Source of the DNA: Mustelus asterias
Taxonomy: Eukaryota
Direction of reading: 5' to 3'
Assembly (NCBI RefSeq): GCF_964213995.1
Contig: NC_135822.1
Location: 21,266,001-21,330,000, forward strand
DNA length: 64,000 nt
The translations under genes and the position numbers were made by a program. Shown piece by piece: positions 26,083 to 37,339 of this stretch. The notes below the pieces were generated by a model. That model saw only the letters and a program-made list of their open reading frames with translations. It was not told where the DNA came from and did not search any database. Numbering within the stretch: the stretch's first letter is position 1; each line of letters starts with the position of its first letter.

Positions 26083-27534
26083 AGAGTTTTACAGCATTTG
26101 TGGGTATGGAAAATGTTGTCAAAGAAGCCTTGGCATGTTGCTTGCTGCAGTGCATCTTGTAGATGGCACACTAATGCAATTACGTTTTACTGGTGGTGTA
26201 GGGAGTGAATGTTGCTTTGTCCTGAATAGTATTGCATTCCTTGAGTGTTTGTTTTTGGACTGAACAAGGCAATGGAGACTATTCCATTACACTCCTGACT
26301 CGTGTCTTGTAGATGGTGGAAATATTTTGAGGCGTCAGGAGGTGGTAGGAGTACTGCAATGAATTATTCAGTGTTCTTTATGACCACGTGAATTACAGTA
26401 GCTAGCGATCCATGGTAAGGGAGAGGAAAATCAGCCAGGAAATCTAGTCCTGAACACCATTCACGTGCATTTTCCAGCAGGAATGCCTCCTGCTGGAAAA
26501 TGCACGTGACGTGTGAAGTATGAGGACAGGAGTTTGGTTAGTGGTGATCCCGTTATGGTGAATACTGCGCCCACATTGTCTGGGCCAACAACAACTTGGT
26601 CCGTTTGTGTACCTATGAATCTGTACCTCAGCAAGAAAGAATCTCGTCGGGGCGAGAGGAATTTAGACAGAGGGGAGAAAAAGGAAAAGGTCAATGTGAC
26701 TGACGAACCATAAGACTGGACTTTGCAAAAATATATCGCACAATAAAAAAATCATACAACATTGGATATCAATATCCAGATGTGTGACTAAAAGGCGGAG
26801 GAAGTAATGTTTGGAAAGGATAATTATATTCCGCGGGAGTTATTCAGCTTTAAATCTCTATTGTTGAACGGGTATCTCCCGGGCCTCAGGGGTAATGTTA
26901 ATTATCTGCAGCTCCCCATAGAGACACTCTCTCATCTCCCATCTGCTCTAACACCAAACATCGCTTAAGCTTCCGAGATAAACTTGCAGCATCTTCCGTA
27001 AGTACCCCCAGAATTCCTGTTCTCCGGCATCACATGCATAGATTGGCCACTTGCACTGAACACCTTGGCTACAGCCCGAACCTACTAACAACTGTCAGGA
27101 ACATGTTCGGTGTCAGATTCACAAAGCATTGTTTCCAAGTCTCATTAGACATGTACATCACCTCCATTCCAATCCCCGGGGTATGGTCAAATGTTCAAAG
27201 CAGTGCTGGAGTCCAGCCACCATACAGACCGTTCAATACCCTTAGTGTCCAATACAAGACACAAAAGGAGCACCAGGGTTCAAACAGTGCGCGAACTTCT
27301 GCTCCTGTATTACTGGATATCAAATCCCAAACACTTAGCACAAGCTTGGAACATACCTTTCCCAATCTGAATAAGCTACTGCCAACCAAATGCAGAAATT
27401 TAAGAGGATCTTTTCTGCACACAATGAATGTTCGTTGCTCCCCACCTCGTGCGATACTCAACACACCTTGGAGTCCTTTTCAGTTTGACAGAAAACAATT
27501 TATACACAGATTGGGTTCCTACCCAGCGGCTCGA

Positions 27535-27612
27535 GAGAGAGAGACAGAGGTGCAGACACAGACATACACACCGACAGACAGACACATAGACTGACAGACA
27601 GACACACACACA
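27535..27612. repeat. Compound (GA)/(GACA)/(CA) microsatellite
   Basis: Directly visible. Confidence 0.8.
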
Positions 27613-27759
27613 CTTTCATTCTGACAACCACCTGCTATTGTCTCTGCTCCAGTAAACACAAACATTATGAAAATCCTAAAAGAGTCATTTACAGATGGGC
27701 TGCAGGTGAATGGACAGCCATCGCCCTGAACAACGTTTGAAAAGGGGCGTCTTTTTGGG

Positions 27760-27965
27760 ATTGAGCATCACCGCCGGTCAGGACACTTCCTACCTGTCTG
27801 TCGCCGGGGGGACGGGGCACAGAGAACGACCGCTGTCCACAATCTGATACAAGCGAAGATTCAATATCTCAGAGACTGGGACAGAGCTGAGCATCCGCGC
27901 TCCCGGGGCGCGCTCTCGACAATGATGTCAGCGACAGACGGGGGCGGGCGCAACCCGAAAGAATA
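27760..27965 (-). promoter_or_regulatory. CpG-rich region; probable DRAXIN promoter and non-coding exon 1
   Basis: Local CpG/GC enrichment, GC box ggggcgggcg near 27941, candidate minus-strand donor CAG|GTAGG at 27794. Confidence 0.55.
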
Positions 27966-28489
27966 AAGAAATGCAACCAGAGAAAGAGAAAAGCAAATAC
28001 AAAATAAAAGATTAAAAACTAGAGGCAGAGGGCCATGCCCACCTAATGAGATCTTTGCCCTAACTGAGTTGCTGAGGTGGTGAATAGAGGGAGGCGAGTG
28101 GATGTTGGGGTACATGTGAGAAGGTTTGGTCCTGCTAGCTAAACCGAGGTAATTGGACATGGATGCGAATAGGAAACTGGTTATGAATATAGGAAGCAAA
28201 AGACCATTCTCAGATTGGTGGCTGTGACAAGTGGTGTCTCCCAGGTAACCGTGTGAGAAATGTATGCTTGGCATGTTTTTAGAGGAGGATATCCAAGAGT
28301 CTAATCTGGGAAAGAGAGTGGTGGAAGGTGGAACGGGAGGATAGATTAGGTGGGGTGAGCAAAGGGTAACAGATGCAGTTTAACGAACACGGTGTGAAAA
28401 CGTAGAAATACTAACATGGGAATCAGAGACAGTCCAAATAGGAACGCATTGGGGATAGATGAGTTTAGGATTTTAAAAAAATCATCCAT

Positions 28490-28835
28490 GGAATATGAGC
28501 GTTGCTGGTTGGGCCAGCATTTATTGCCCATCCCTAATTGCCCTTGCATTTCAGAGGCATTTAAGAGCCAAAAACATTGTGGATCTGGAGTCACATGTAG
28601 GCGAGACCAGGTAAGGACGGCAGATTTCCTTCCTTAAAGGGCATTAGTGAACCAGACGGGTTTTTATAACAACCGACAATAGTATCATGGTCATCAATAG
28701 GCTTTTAATTCCAGAATTGTATGGAACTCAAACTTCACAATCTGCTATGGTGGGATTTGAACCTGGGATTCTGAAGCATTACTCTGGCTTTCTAAATCAC
28801 TAGCGCAACGACAATATCACGATGCCATTACCTCC
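28490..28835 (-). mobile_element. Another tRNA-headed SINE family copy
   Basis: ggtgggatttgaacctggg (B-box-like, minus strand) and ccagcatttattgcccatccctaattgccc; similar copies near 4735-4855, 7510-7665 and 60000-60180. Confidence 0.6.
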
Positions 28836-31800
28836 CCGGGGGCCTAGATATTCAAGTAAGGAAAAGCTAACTCGTAAATACAAAAAAAATTCGAAAAGGT
28901 TAATGAGATTTGGCTTAAATCAGGAGACATTGACTATAAAAACAAGAAAACACCACAACAACTGAATTGTGGTGCGAGACTGGGGACATTTGTTTTATAG
29001 TCTCTGAGGATGAAAAGATTGAAGGGCCATCTGAGTCAATGTTTAAAATAACGACGGGACAATTTTATGCCAGGAATGACTTTTTGCTTCAGTAAGGCAG
29101 TTCAGAATAAGGATTGACAGTCTTAAAAATTCAAGTTATGCAGTAAAAAAAATCCCAGGGAACAAACGCTTTAATTTACTGTTACAATAACTGTTACAAT
29201 ACAGAAAATACTGACCAGAAGTCACAGGTACATTTGAGATGCTTAATCAGCGACTGGGTATCTAGGGAAGTAAAGCTCTGAAAGGACCAGAAGAAACAAT
29301 GGAGATTGGATTTAAAGGATTGAACTGACGTTCATAGAATCCCTACAGTGCATAACTCTGCTTCTCTCTCCACAGATGCTGCCAGACCTGCTGCGTTTAT
29401 CGAGCATTTTCTGCTTTTATTTCATTTCTAATGTTTGTTATTGTGATACATTAAGTGAGAGAACATTGCAGGACAGAAAACTGAATACAGAAATGGAAAT
29501 GCATTAGCCATCCCTCAACCTAGGGAGAATCAGGACATGTGAGTGACATCAGATTAATCCAGTGTTTATGATCAGGGAGACACATAACAGATAATAATGA
29601 GATTTTAATTGTGTTTCTATTGACAAAAAACATTGCAGGACAGAAATAAACCAAGAGGCGCAAGTGGTCCATGCCAGTGTTTATGGTCCACACAAACCTC
29701 CTCCTCTTTCCATCTTCATTTCACCCAATCAGCATATATTCTTTCTCACTGGTGTTTTTCTAGCTGCCCTTTAACTGCATCTATCCCATTCACCTCACTG
29801 ATAAAAATTCTTACCATTCTCTGGGTAAATAAGTTTCTTCTGAATTCCCAATTGGGTTCATTAGTGGCTATCTGAAATTCATGATCCCTGGTTTTGGTCT
29901 GCCCTCCAAGTGGGTTATCTATGTTAACCCTATCAATCCCTTTCATAACCTTAAAGATTTCTAGGAACACAGGAAAACACTATTTTCTGTTTTGTATCCA
30001 TCCTGCAAATCATGGAACAAAATATCATGAAGAAGGTCATTCAACCCATTGTGTTGGCTCTTTGATAGAGCTACTCCCCCCCCACCCTACTCCAGCTGGG
30101 TATTTTTTCCCCTCAAGTATTTCTCCAATTCCTTTTGAATCTGCTTCCATCATCCTTTCCGATCACAATAACTTGCTGTGTAAAAACAGTTTCCTCATGG
30201 CAGCTCTGTTTTTTTTGCCAATCATTTTAAATTTATGAATCTGCAAATAATAGTCTTGCTGACTGGTCAGGTAAAAGTTGAAAATAGAAATGAAGGAGAG
30301 TTTTAACTGATTTAGTACACAGAGTGGGTGTAGTGCAATAGGTTAATAGAAGTCATGCTAATGAGTGATGTAAGCCATGATATATCAGTGACATCAGCAG
30401 TTATGTGCTAGACTCTTGAGAGTGGTATCTACGCTGCAACCTCTTATATATAGTGTTGATAAACCAACTGAAAGCGAGTTCTAGAGTAAAACTACAATTT
30501 ATCTAGATTGAATAGGTTACACATACCAGAAGCCAGCAACCACGCCACAGGTATATGAAACATGATAGCAGTGGTGGTAATACCAATTGAATCAAACATT
30601 GGTGTCATTGATTGAATCATGGCAGAAAAAAGTGCAGAAAGATCTAGTAGAGTGAAGAATTTATGAACCTAACCAAGAAGGAGGCAAAATGGTGGAGGAT
30701 AATGATGTCTGTACCCAGTGGCAATCGCTGCTCCTACTTCACCCATTTGATAGTCTCAATGGCACGCAAAGAGGTCAAAACTGGGAGTAGCACTTCTGAA
30801 ATCGAGCAGCATCGAGCCTTTGTGCTAAAGAGCAGAAGCGCCAGGTCAGTTTGTTTCTTTATGCCGTGGGTCCACTGATGATGTCCTCCTGAGGCAGGGG
30901 GTGGAAGAATCCTCTTTAGACTTCAACGTCATTCTCAAAGCCTTCAACATGTGTTTTAGCCCAAAGTGAAATCTAGTGATAAGATTATTCATGCTTTAAC
31001 CAAAGGTCCCTATGACCACAGGAATCAGTTGAATTATTTCTTACTGACCTGTATTACCCAGCGAGCTCTTGTGGATACAGGGCTTTGAAACTTGAGCTCA
31101 TCTGCGGCCACATTGTCATTGGGGTCCATGATGAGAAGCTTTCTGATTTTTATTTTACAGACCAGGGACAACTGCACCTTGGATCAAGCAGTTCAATATG
31201 CAAGGCAGGCCAAAATCAGGCTATAATTCTGCGCTATACCAAGGCTCTAGATCACTCTATTAACTGGGTAGGCCTGGGGCAGTGGCTCCGCCCACTCAAA
31301 AGCCTACCAAATCATGCGAAAGGGTAGGAAATCCCACAGCAGCCCTTTTTTTATGCTGTGATGCAAAGAAACAACACAGATGCCAAGATTGCCCAGCAGG
31401 GGCAATGTGGTAAGACTAGATAGTTCAAGCTTCTGGAAGTCCAACAACTTTAATTGAGGAAGAAGACAGAAAATATTTATGAGACACATTCCATCCAACA
31501 AATTGGATATAAGACAGAGATAAAACTACAGGATTTCTAGGGGAAGTACATTACCCTAATCAAGGCTCTTGGTCTGTTACTGTGCAAGTTAAAGGCTTTG
31601 ACACTAATTTTAAAATTAACACTGGAGCTGGCATTAACATGCTAGCAGATCATCTGGACTGGCTTCAAGCAATACCCCTTCATCAATCAAAATAGCAAAT
31701 TGCAAAGTCTAGGTAGCACAGGCCTTCCAATGAAAAGCACCTAATTGCATGTCTTTGTTACAAAGGGCAACAAATTGTTGATTTTCTTTGTTGTTCACAA

Positions 31801-32085
31801 ACCATGCACATCCTTATTGAGTGGAGATGTTAGCATCTTACTGAAATTCCTGAAAAAAAGTGGATGATGACCACCATTTACACAACCCGATGCATTTCAT
31901 GGAACAAACATTGAGGTTATGTAGAACCAGTGGACTCTCAGCCTATAGCAGCTGAGGAGGTTTATTCAGTAAGCAGTGAATTACTTTCATAGAACATAGA
32001 ACATAGAACATTACAGCGCAGAACAGGCCCTTCGGCCCACGATGTTGCACCGACCAGTTAAAAAAAAAAACTGTGACCCTCCAAC

Positions 32086-34905
32086 CTAAACCAATTTCTT
32101 TTCGTCCATGAACCTATCTACGGATCTCTTAAACGCCCCCAAACTAGGCGCATTTACTACTGATGCTGGCAGGGCATTCCAATCCCTCACCACCCTCTGG
32201 GTAAAGAACCTACCCCTGACATCGGTTCTATAACTACCCCCCCTCAATTTAAAGCCATGCCCCCTCGTGCTGGATTTCTCCATCAGAGGAAAAAGGCTAT
32301 CACTATCCACCCTATCTAAACCTCTAATCATCTTATATGTTTCAATAAGATCCCCTCTTAGCCGCCGCCTTTCCAGCGAAAACAATCCCAAATCCCTCAG
32401 CCTCTCCTCATAGGATCTCCCCTCCATACCAGGCAACATCCTGGTAAACCTCCTCTGCACCCTCTCCAAAGCCTCCACATCCTTCCTGTAATGTGGGGAC
32501 CAGAACTGCACACAGTACTCCAAGTGCGGCCGCACCAGAGTTGTGTACAGTTGCAACATAACGCTACGACTCCTAAATTCAATCCCCCTACCAATAAACG
32601 CCAAGACACCATATGCCTTCTTAACAACCTTATCTACTTGATTCCCAACTTTCAGGGATCTATGCACACATACACCTAGATCCCTCTGCTCCTCCACACT
32701 ATTCAAAGTCCTCCCGTTAGCCCTATACTCAACACAACTGTTATTCCTACCAAAGTGAATTACCTCACACTTCTCCGCATTAAACTCCATCCGCCACCTC
32801 TCGGCCCAACTTTGCAACCTGTCTAAGTCTTCCTGCAGACTACGACACCCTTCCTCACTGTCTACCACACCACCGACTTTGGTGTCATCAGCAAATTTGC
32901 TAATCCACCCAACTATACCCTCATCCAGATCATTAATAAATATTACAAACAGCAGTGGCCCCAAAACAGATCCCTGAGGTACACCACTTGTAACCGCACT
33001 CCATGATGAATATTTACTATCAACCACCACCCTCTGTTTCCTATCCGCTAGCCAATTCCTGATCCAATTTCCTAGATCACCCCCAATCCCATACATCTGC
33101 ATTTTCTGCAGAAGCCTACCATGGTGAACCTTATCAAACGCCTTACTAAAATCCATATATACCACGTCCACTGCCTTGCCCCCATCCACCTCCTTGGTCA
33201 CTTTCTCAAAAAACTCAATAAGGTTAGTAAGGCACGACCTACCTGCCACAAAACCATGCTGACTATCACCTATCAATTCATTACTCTCCAAATAACTATA
33301 AATCCTATCCCTTATAATTTTTTCCAACATCTTGCCGACAACAGAAGTGAGACTCACCGGTCTATAATTCCCGGGGAAGTCTCTGTTCCCCTTCTTAAAC
33401 AATGGGACAACATTCGCTAACCTCCAATCTTCTGGTACTATACCAGAGGCCAACGACGACCTGAAGATCAGAGCCAGAGGCGCTGCAATCACTTCTCTTG
33501 CCTCCCAGAGAATCCTTGGATAAATCCCATCCGGACCAGGGGATTTATCTATTTTCAGACCCTCCAGAATATCCTGCACATCCTCCTTATCAACTGTAAT
33601 ACTGTCTATTCTACTCCCTTGCAACCCAGTGTCCTCCTCAGCTATATTCATGTCCCCTTGCGTGAACACCGAAGAGAAATATTGGTTCAATGCTTCACCA
33701 ATCTCCTCCGGTTCCACACATAACTTCCCTCTGCCATCTATAACTGGCCCTAAACTTGCCCTAACCAACCTTCTGTTCTTGACATACCTATAGAACGCCT
33801 TAGGATTCTCTTTAACCCTATCCGCCAAAGTCTTCTCATGTCCCCTTTTAGCCCTTCTAAGCTCGCTCTTCAACTCCCTCTTAGCCAATCTAAAGCTTTC
33901 TAGTGCACTACCCGAGTGCTCACGTCTCATCCGAACATAAGCCTCCTTTTTCTTTTTAACCAACAAAGAAACTTTTTTGGTGCACCACGGTTCCCTAGCC
34001 CTACCAATTCCTCCTTGCCTGACAGGGACATACCTATCACAGACTCGCAGTAGCTGCTCCTTGAAAAAACTCCACATGTCGGACGTTCCCAGTCCCTGTA
34101 ATCTCCTAGTCCAACCTATGTTTCCTAATTCTCTCCTAATAGCCTCATAATTACCCTTCCCCCAGCTAAAACCACTGGCCCGAGGTTCATGCCTATCCCT
34201 TTCCATCACTAAGGTGAACGTAACCGAATTGTGGTCACTATCACCAAAATGCACACCAACTTCCAAGTCTAGCACCTGGTCTGGCTCATTTCCCAGCACC
34301 AGATCCAATATAGCCTCACCTCTAGTTGGCCTGTCTACATACTGAGTCAAAAAACCTTCCTGCACGCTTTGAACAAAAACTGACCCCTCTAACGAGCTAG
34401 AGCTATAACAATTCCAGTCAATATTAGTCAAGTTAAAATCCCCCATAACAATTGCCCTATTACTTTCACTCCTAAGCAGGATTGACTCCGCAATCCTTTC
34501 CTCAACCTCTCTGGAACTTTTAGGAGGTCTATAAAAGACTCCCAACAGGGTGACCTCTCCTCTCCTATTTCTAATCTCCGCCCATACTACCTCAACAGAT
34601 AAGTCCTCATCAAACCTCCTCTCTGACACTGTGATACAATCTCTGACCAATAATGCTACCCCTCCCCCTCTTCTACCTCCTTCCCTACTTCGACTAAAAC
34701 ATTTGAACCCCGGGACCTGCAGCATCCATTCCTGCCCCTGCTCTATCCATGTCTCTGAAATAGCCACAACATCGAAGTCCCAGGTACTGATCCACGCTGC
34801 AAGTTCACCCACTTTATTGCGAATACTCCTGGCATTGAAGTATACACATTTCAAACCCTGCTCCACCCCACCTCTGCAATGCCGTGCATTGCAGTCCCCA
34901 TCCAT
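32086..34905 (-). CDS. CR1 LINE ORF2: APE endonuclease plus reverse transcriptase, 939 aa, uninterrupted
   Basis: Endonuclease motifs NARS, SETW, YRPP, GDFN, SDH; RT motifs KSPGPDG, YRPVSL, DFSKAFD, GVPQGSVLGP, KFADD; CR1 C-terminus RPHLEYCVQFWSP. Confidence 0.95.
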   Translation of the reverse strand: MDGDCNARHCRGGVEQGLKCVYFNARSIRNKVGELAAWISTWDFDVVAISETWIEQGQEWMLQVPGFKCFSRSREGGRRGGGVALLVRDCITVSERRFDEDLSVEVVWAEIRNRRGEVTLLGVFYRPPKSSREVEERIAESILLRSESNRAIVMGDFNLTNIDWNCYSSSSLEGSVFVQSVQEGFLTQYVDRPTRGEAILDLVLGNEPDQVLDLEVGVHFGDSDHNSVTFTLVMERDRHEPRASGFSWGKGNYEAIRRELGNIGWTRRLQGLGTSDMWSFFKEQLLRVCDRYVPVRQGGIGRAREPWCTKKVSLLVKKKKEAYVRMRREHSGSALESFRLAKRELKSELRRAKRGHEKTLADRVKENPKAFYRYVKNRRLVRASLGPVIDGRGKLCVEPEEIGEALNQYFSSVFTQGDMNIAEEDTGLQGSRIDSITVDKEDVQDILEGLKIDKSPGPDGIYPRILWEAREVIAAPLALIFRSSLASGIVPEDWRLANVVPLFKKGNRDFPGNYRPVSLTSVVGKMLEKIIRDRIYSYLESNELIGDSQHGFVAGRSCLTNLIEFFEKVTKEVDGGKAVDVVYMDFSKAFDKVHHGRLLQKMQMYGIGGDLGNWIRNWLADRKQRVVVDSKYSSWSAVTSGVPQGSVLGPLLFVIFINDLDEGIVGWISKFADDTKVGGVVDSEEGCRSLQEDLDRLQSWAERWRMEFNAEKCEVIHFGRNNSCVEYRANGRTLNSVEEQRDLGVCVHRSLKVGNQVDKVVKKAYGVLAFIGRGIEFRSRSVMLQLYTTLVRPHLEYCVQFWSPHYRKDVEALERVQRRFTRMLPGMEGRSYEERLRDLGLFSLERRRLRGDLIETYKMIRGLDRVDSDSLFPLMEKSSTRGHGFKLRGGSYRTDVRGRFFTQRVVRDWNALPASVVNAPSLGAFKRSVDRFMDEKKLV

Positions 34906-34955
34906 GCATCCCTCACTTTCAGCCCCACTACTCAGGATCCCTCCCCCCCCCCGAA

Positions 34956-35381
34956 TCAGTTTAAACCTCCCTGCATGGCCTTAGCAAATTTACCCCCCAG
35001 GATATTGGTCCCCTTCTGATTAAGGTGTAGACCATCCTTCTCATAGAGGTCACACCTTCCCCAGTACGAGCCCCAATTGCTTAAGTACCTGAACCCCTCC
35101 CTCCTGCACCATCCCCTCAGCCATGAATTCAAACCTTCCCTCTCCCTATTCCTCTCTAAACTATCCCGTGGTACAGGCAAGAGTCCAGAGATAACCACTC
35201 TGTCAGTCTTGGCCTTTAGTTTCCACCCCAACTCCATAAATCCCTGCCTAATATCCCCTTCCCCTATCCTCCCTATGTCGTGTGTCCCCACATGTACAAT
35301 AACTTGTGGTTTATCTCCCTCCCCCCTAAGAGTCCTGAATACACTGTCAGACACATCCCGGACCCCAGCCCCTGGTAGGCA
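34956..35381 (-). pseudogene. C-terminal part of CR1 ORF1 (SGNH-esterase-like domain), 5'-truncated
   Basis: CLPGAGV, VIVHVGTHDIG and DGLHLN blocks typical of CR1 ORF1 esterases; upstream codons of the track ORF are flanking DNA. Confidence 0.85.
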
Positions 35382-37339
35382 ATTCTTTCCATTACAGAAA
35401 CACCATCCACCAGACCCTGGGCAGATATTGAGATTGTGGATCTCTTGGTTCTTTATAGAAGGTGGCAGAGGTGGCAGATACAGGAGCCACTGCGATGGAC
35501 AGTGACTATGTGCAAGGAAGCCTTTCGGACCTGAGTTGGTAATGAAGGAAGAGGTCATTGTAGCATTCAATAATCTGCTGGAGGGTGGTGTCCTAGAAGT
35601 TGGTATCTTATTCAAATCAACAGCCAAATCATGTGAAGTCACTTTATTTTGAGAAGTCAGCTGTGTTTCTTGTGACTGAGCCACATTCAGATCTTTATTC
35701 CACTGAACTTACTAAAGCAATGTCTAGTCTATCATTGGTTAACCATGAGTCTTCCAGGTAGAACCCCATGCTTGATTCCATGCTTGAGTTCAAAGTATCA
35801 GAGTGCCAAAGAGTTGGTAGCACCTGTTTCTGAAAGTAAATTGATGCCCATACTTCAACCCCAGCTAAACATCTTCTCCCACTAGAGCTATCTTTCACAG
35901 CAGAGGCTGAGGCAGAATCTTCAGAGCTTCTACAACTTAATGATCCTGTACAAGAAATCTATCTTCATATCAGCCCAGAGATTCATTCTATTGTAGACAA
36001 TGGTGTTATCTTAGCTTCTTATCCTCAATAATTCTTCCGATTCTCCATGGTGGAGCAGCATCACGCAGAGAAAAGTGTAGCAATGTTACCCCTGCCTACA
36101 GAAAGAAACAAATCTTTCAAAAGTGACATCATGAAGCCATCTTTTTTTCATTTGCTGCAAGCCTTTGGAAGTTTGTCATTCTTCTTCTCTTTGTCCAGAT
36201 TTGATAGAATCTCAGATCTTCAATATCTTTTTCGTCTTCAATTCAGCAGTGATCATTTGTCTTCTCAGGTCTTTCCCCAGAGTGCTTTGAGGGAGCTGGA
36301 GATTCCTGACAAAGTCCTCATTTTTTAAGTTCAAGAGAGTTCAAGTATTGATGATCTTCAGTCTTCTCTCTTGGATTAGTCTTTCTTTGAAAAGGATCTG
36401 TGGTCCTCCAAATTCAGCAGTCCTAAGATCTACACTCTGATTACCAGCACTCCTGTGAAGTTGCTGTCTTATTTCACTCAAGAGAAAGAGGAATGCCTGC
36501 ACGTCTCTTCCCAAAGAGTCAAGTACCTGTGGGTGACTGAATCCCTCATATCAGTGACATGGGGTGGGGGGAGGGGGCTGAAGAGCAGAAGTAAGAGTTG
36601 GATAGAATCTGTAGCAGTGAAAGGAAGTTACAGGAATACAATGTAAATAATTAAAACATAATTTCGTGTTAAGGTTTTAGAAAACTTGAAGGTAGATGTT
36701 GTGCAATGGGTTAATTGAATAGTTATTTATGCTCATGCATGATGTAGGCTATGATGTAAGTAACATCAGCAGCCATATGCTAGACTCTCTCTAAAGGTTG
36801 GAATACCCCTATCTTGTATATGGTGCTAATAAACTGGTTTAAAGCAAGTTCCAGAGTAAGATCATATTCAGTCTAGATAGGGTACATCATGCATACCAGA
36901 AACCAACAATCACACCACAAATATATGAAAAAATGAATGATTTTCAAAGAAAGTCAGGTAACTTTTTGAACCACAGGTAATTGATAAACGGGGAGAGAGG
37001 CAAGGTGGGAGAGAGGGTAGTATTATCCTTTTACATTGCGCTAGCAACCAGCCAACGTGTTGGATCAAATGGCTTCCTGTTCTATGCTGATGAATGCCGC
37101 TGATACTGTGTGTTGTCCAGATTGGTGCAGTTCCTCTGGAAAGTTGCTGGATGTGTGATATTAAGTCTGAACAAATAAGTTCCATCTGGCAAAAGCTTAT
37201 GTTTCTTCCCTGCTTCATCCCTCTGGATAGCTGTCTGCAGTTTGGGGTGAAGTTAAAGAGTGGAAAATGAGGTGAACTGTGAGACTGAAGGATGTGAGGT
37301 GGGGTATAATGGTGGAGGGAGTAAGGCAAATGTGAGAGG

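Larger units (their letters stand above)
31988..35382 (-). mobile_element. Young 5'-truncated CR1-clade LINE (partial ORF1, full ORF2, 3' UTR, (TTCTATG)n tail)
   Basis: catagaacatagaacatagaa tail at 31988-32010; ORF2 32086-34905; ORF1 esterase remnant 34956-~35381. Confidence 0.95.
30329..36932 (+). mobile_element. Old degenerate Gypsy-type LTR retrotransposon interrupted by the CR1 insertion
   Basis: Diverged ~235-bp direct repeats at 30329-30562 and 36697-36932 (TG start; shared acatcagcag, tgctagactct, cataccagaa, tatatgaaa). PBS-like tgatagcagtgg follows the 5' LTR. Gag-like ESVELFLTDLY...CGYRALKLELICGHIVIGVHDEKLS near 31022-31145 and protease-like FKINTGAG near 31609-31632. Confidence 0.8.

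Noticed and set aside
27034-27594. 186-aa plus-strand ORF
   Set aside because: No recognisable domain, antisense within DRAXIN intron 1 and ends in a microsatellite.
34956-35684. 242-aa ORF as a chimeric or domesticated esterase gene
   Set aside because: Only the C-terminal ~140 aa are CR1 ORF1. The upstream part is flanking DNA that happens to be open, the track start is GTG, and the N-terminal catalytic GDS block is missing.
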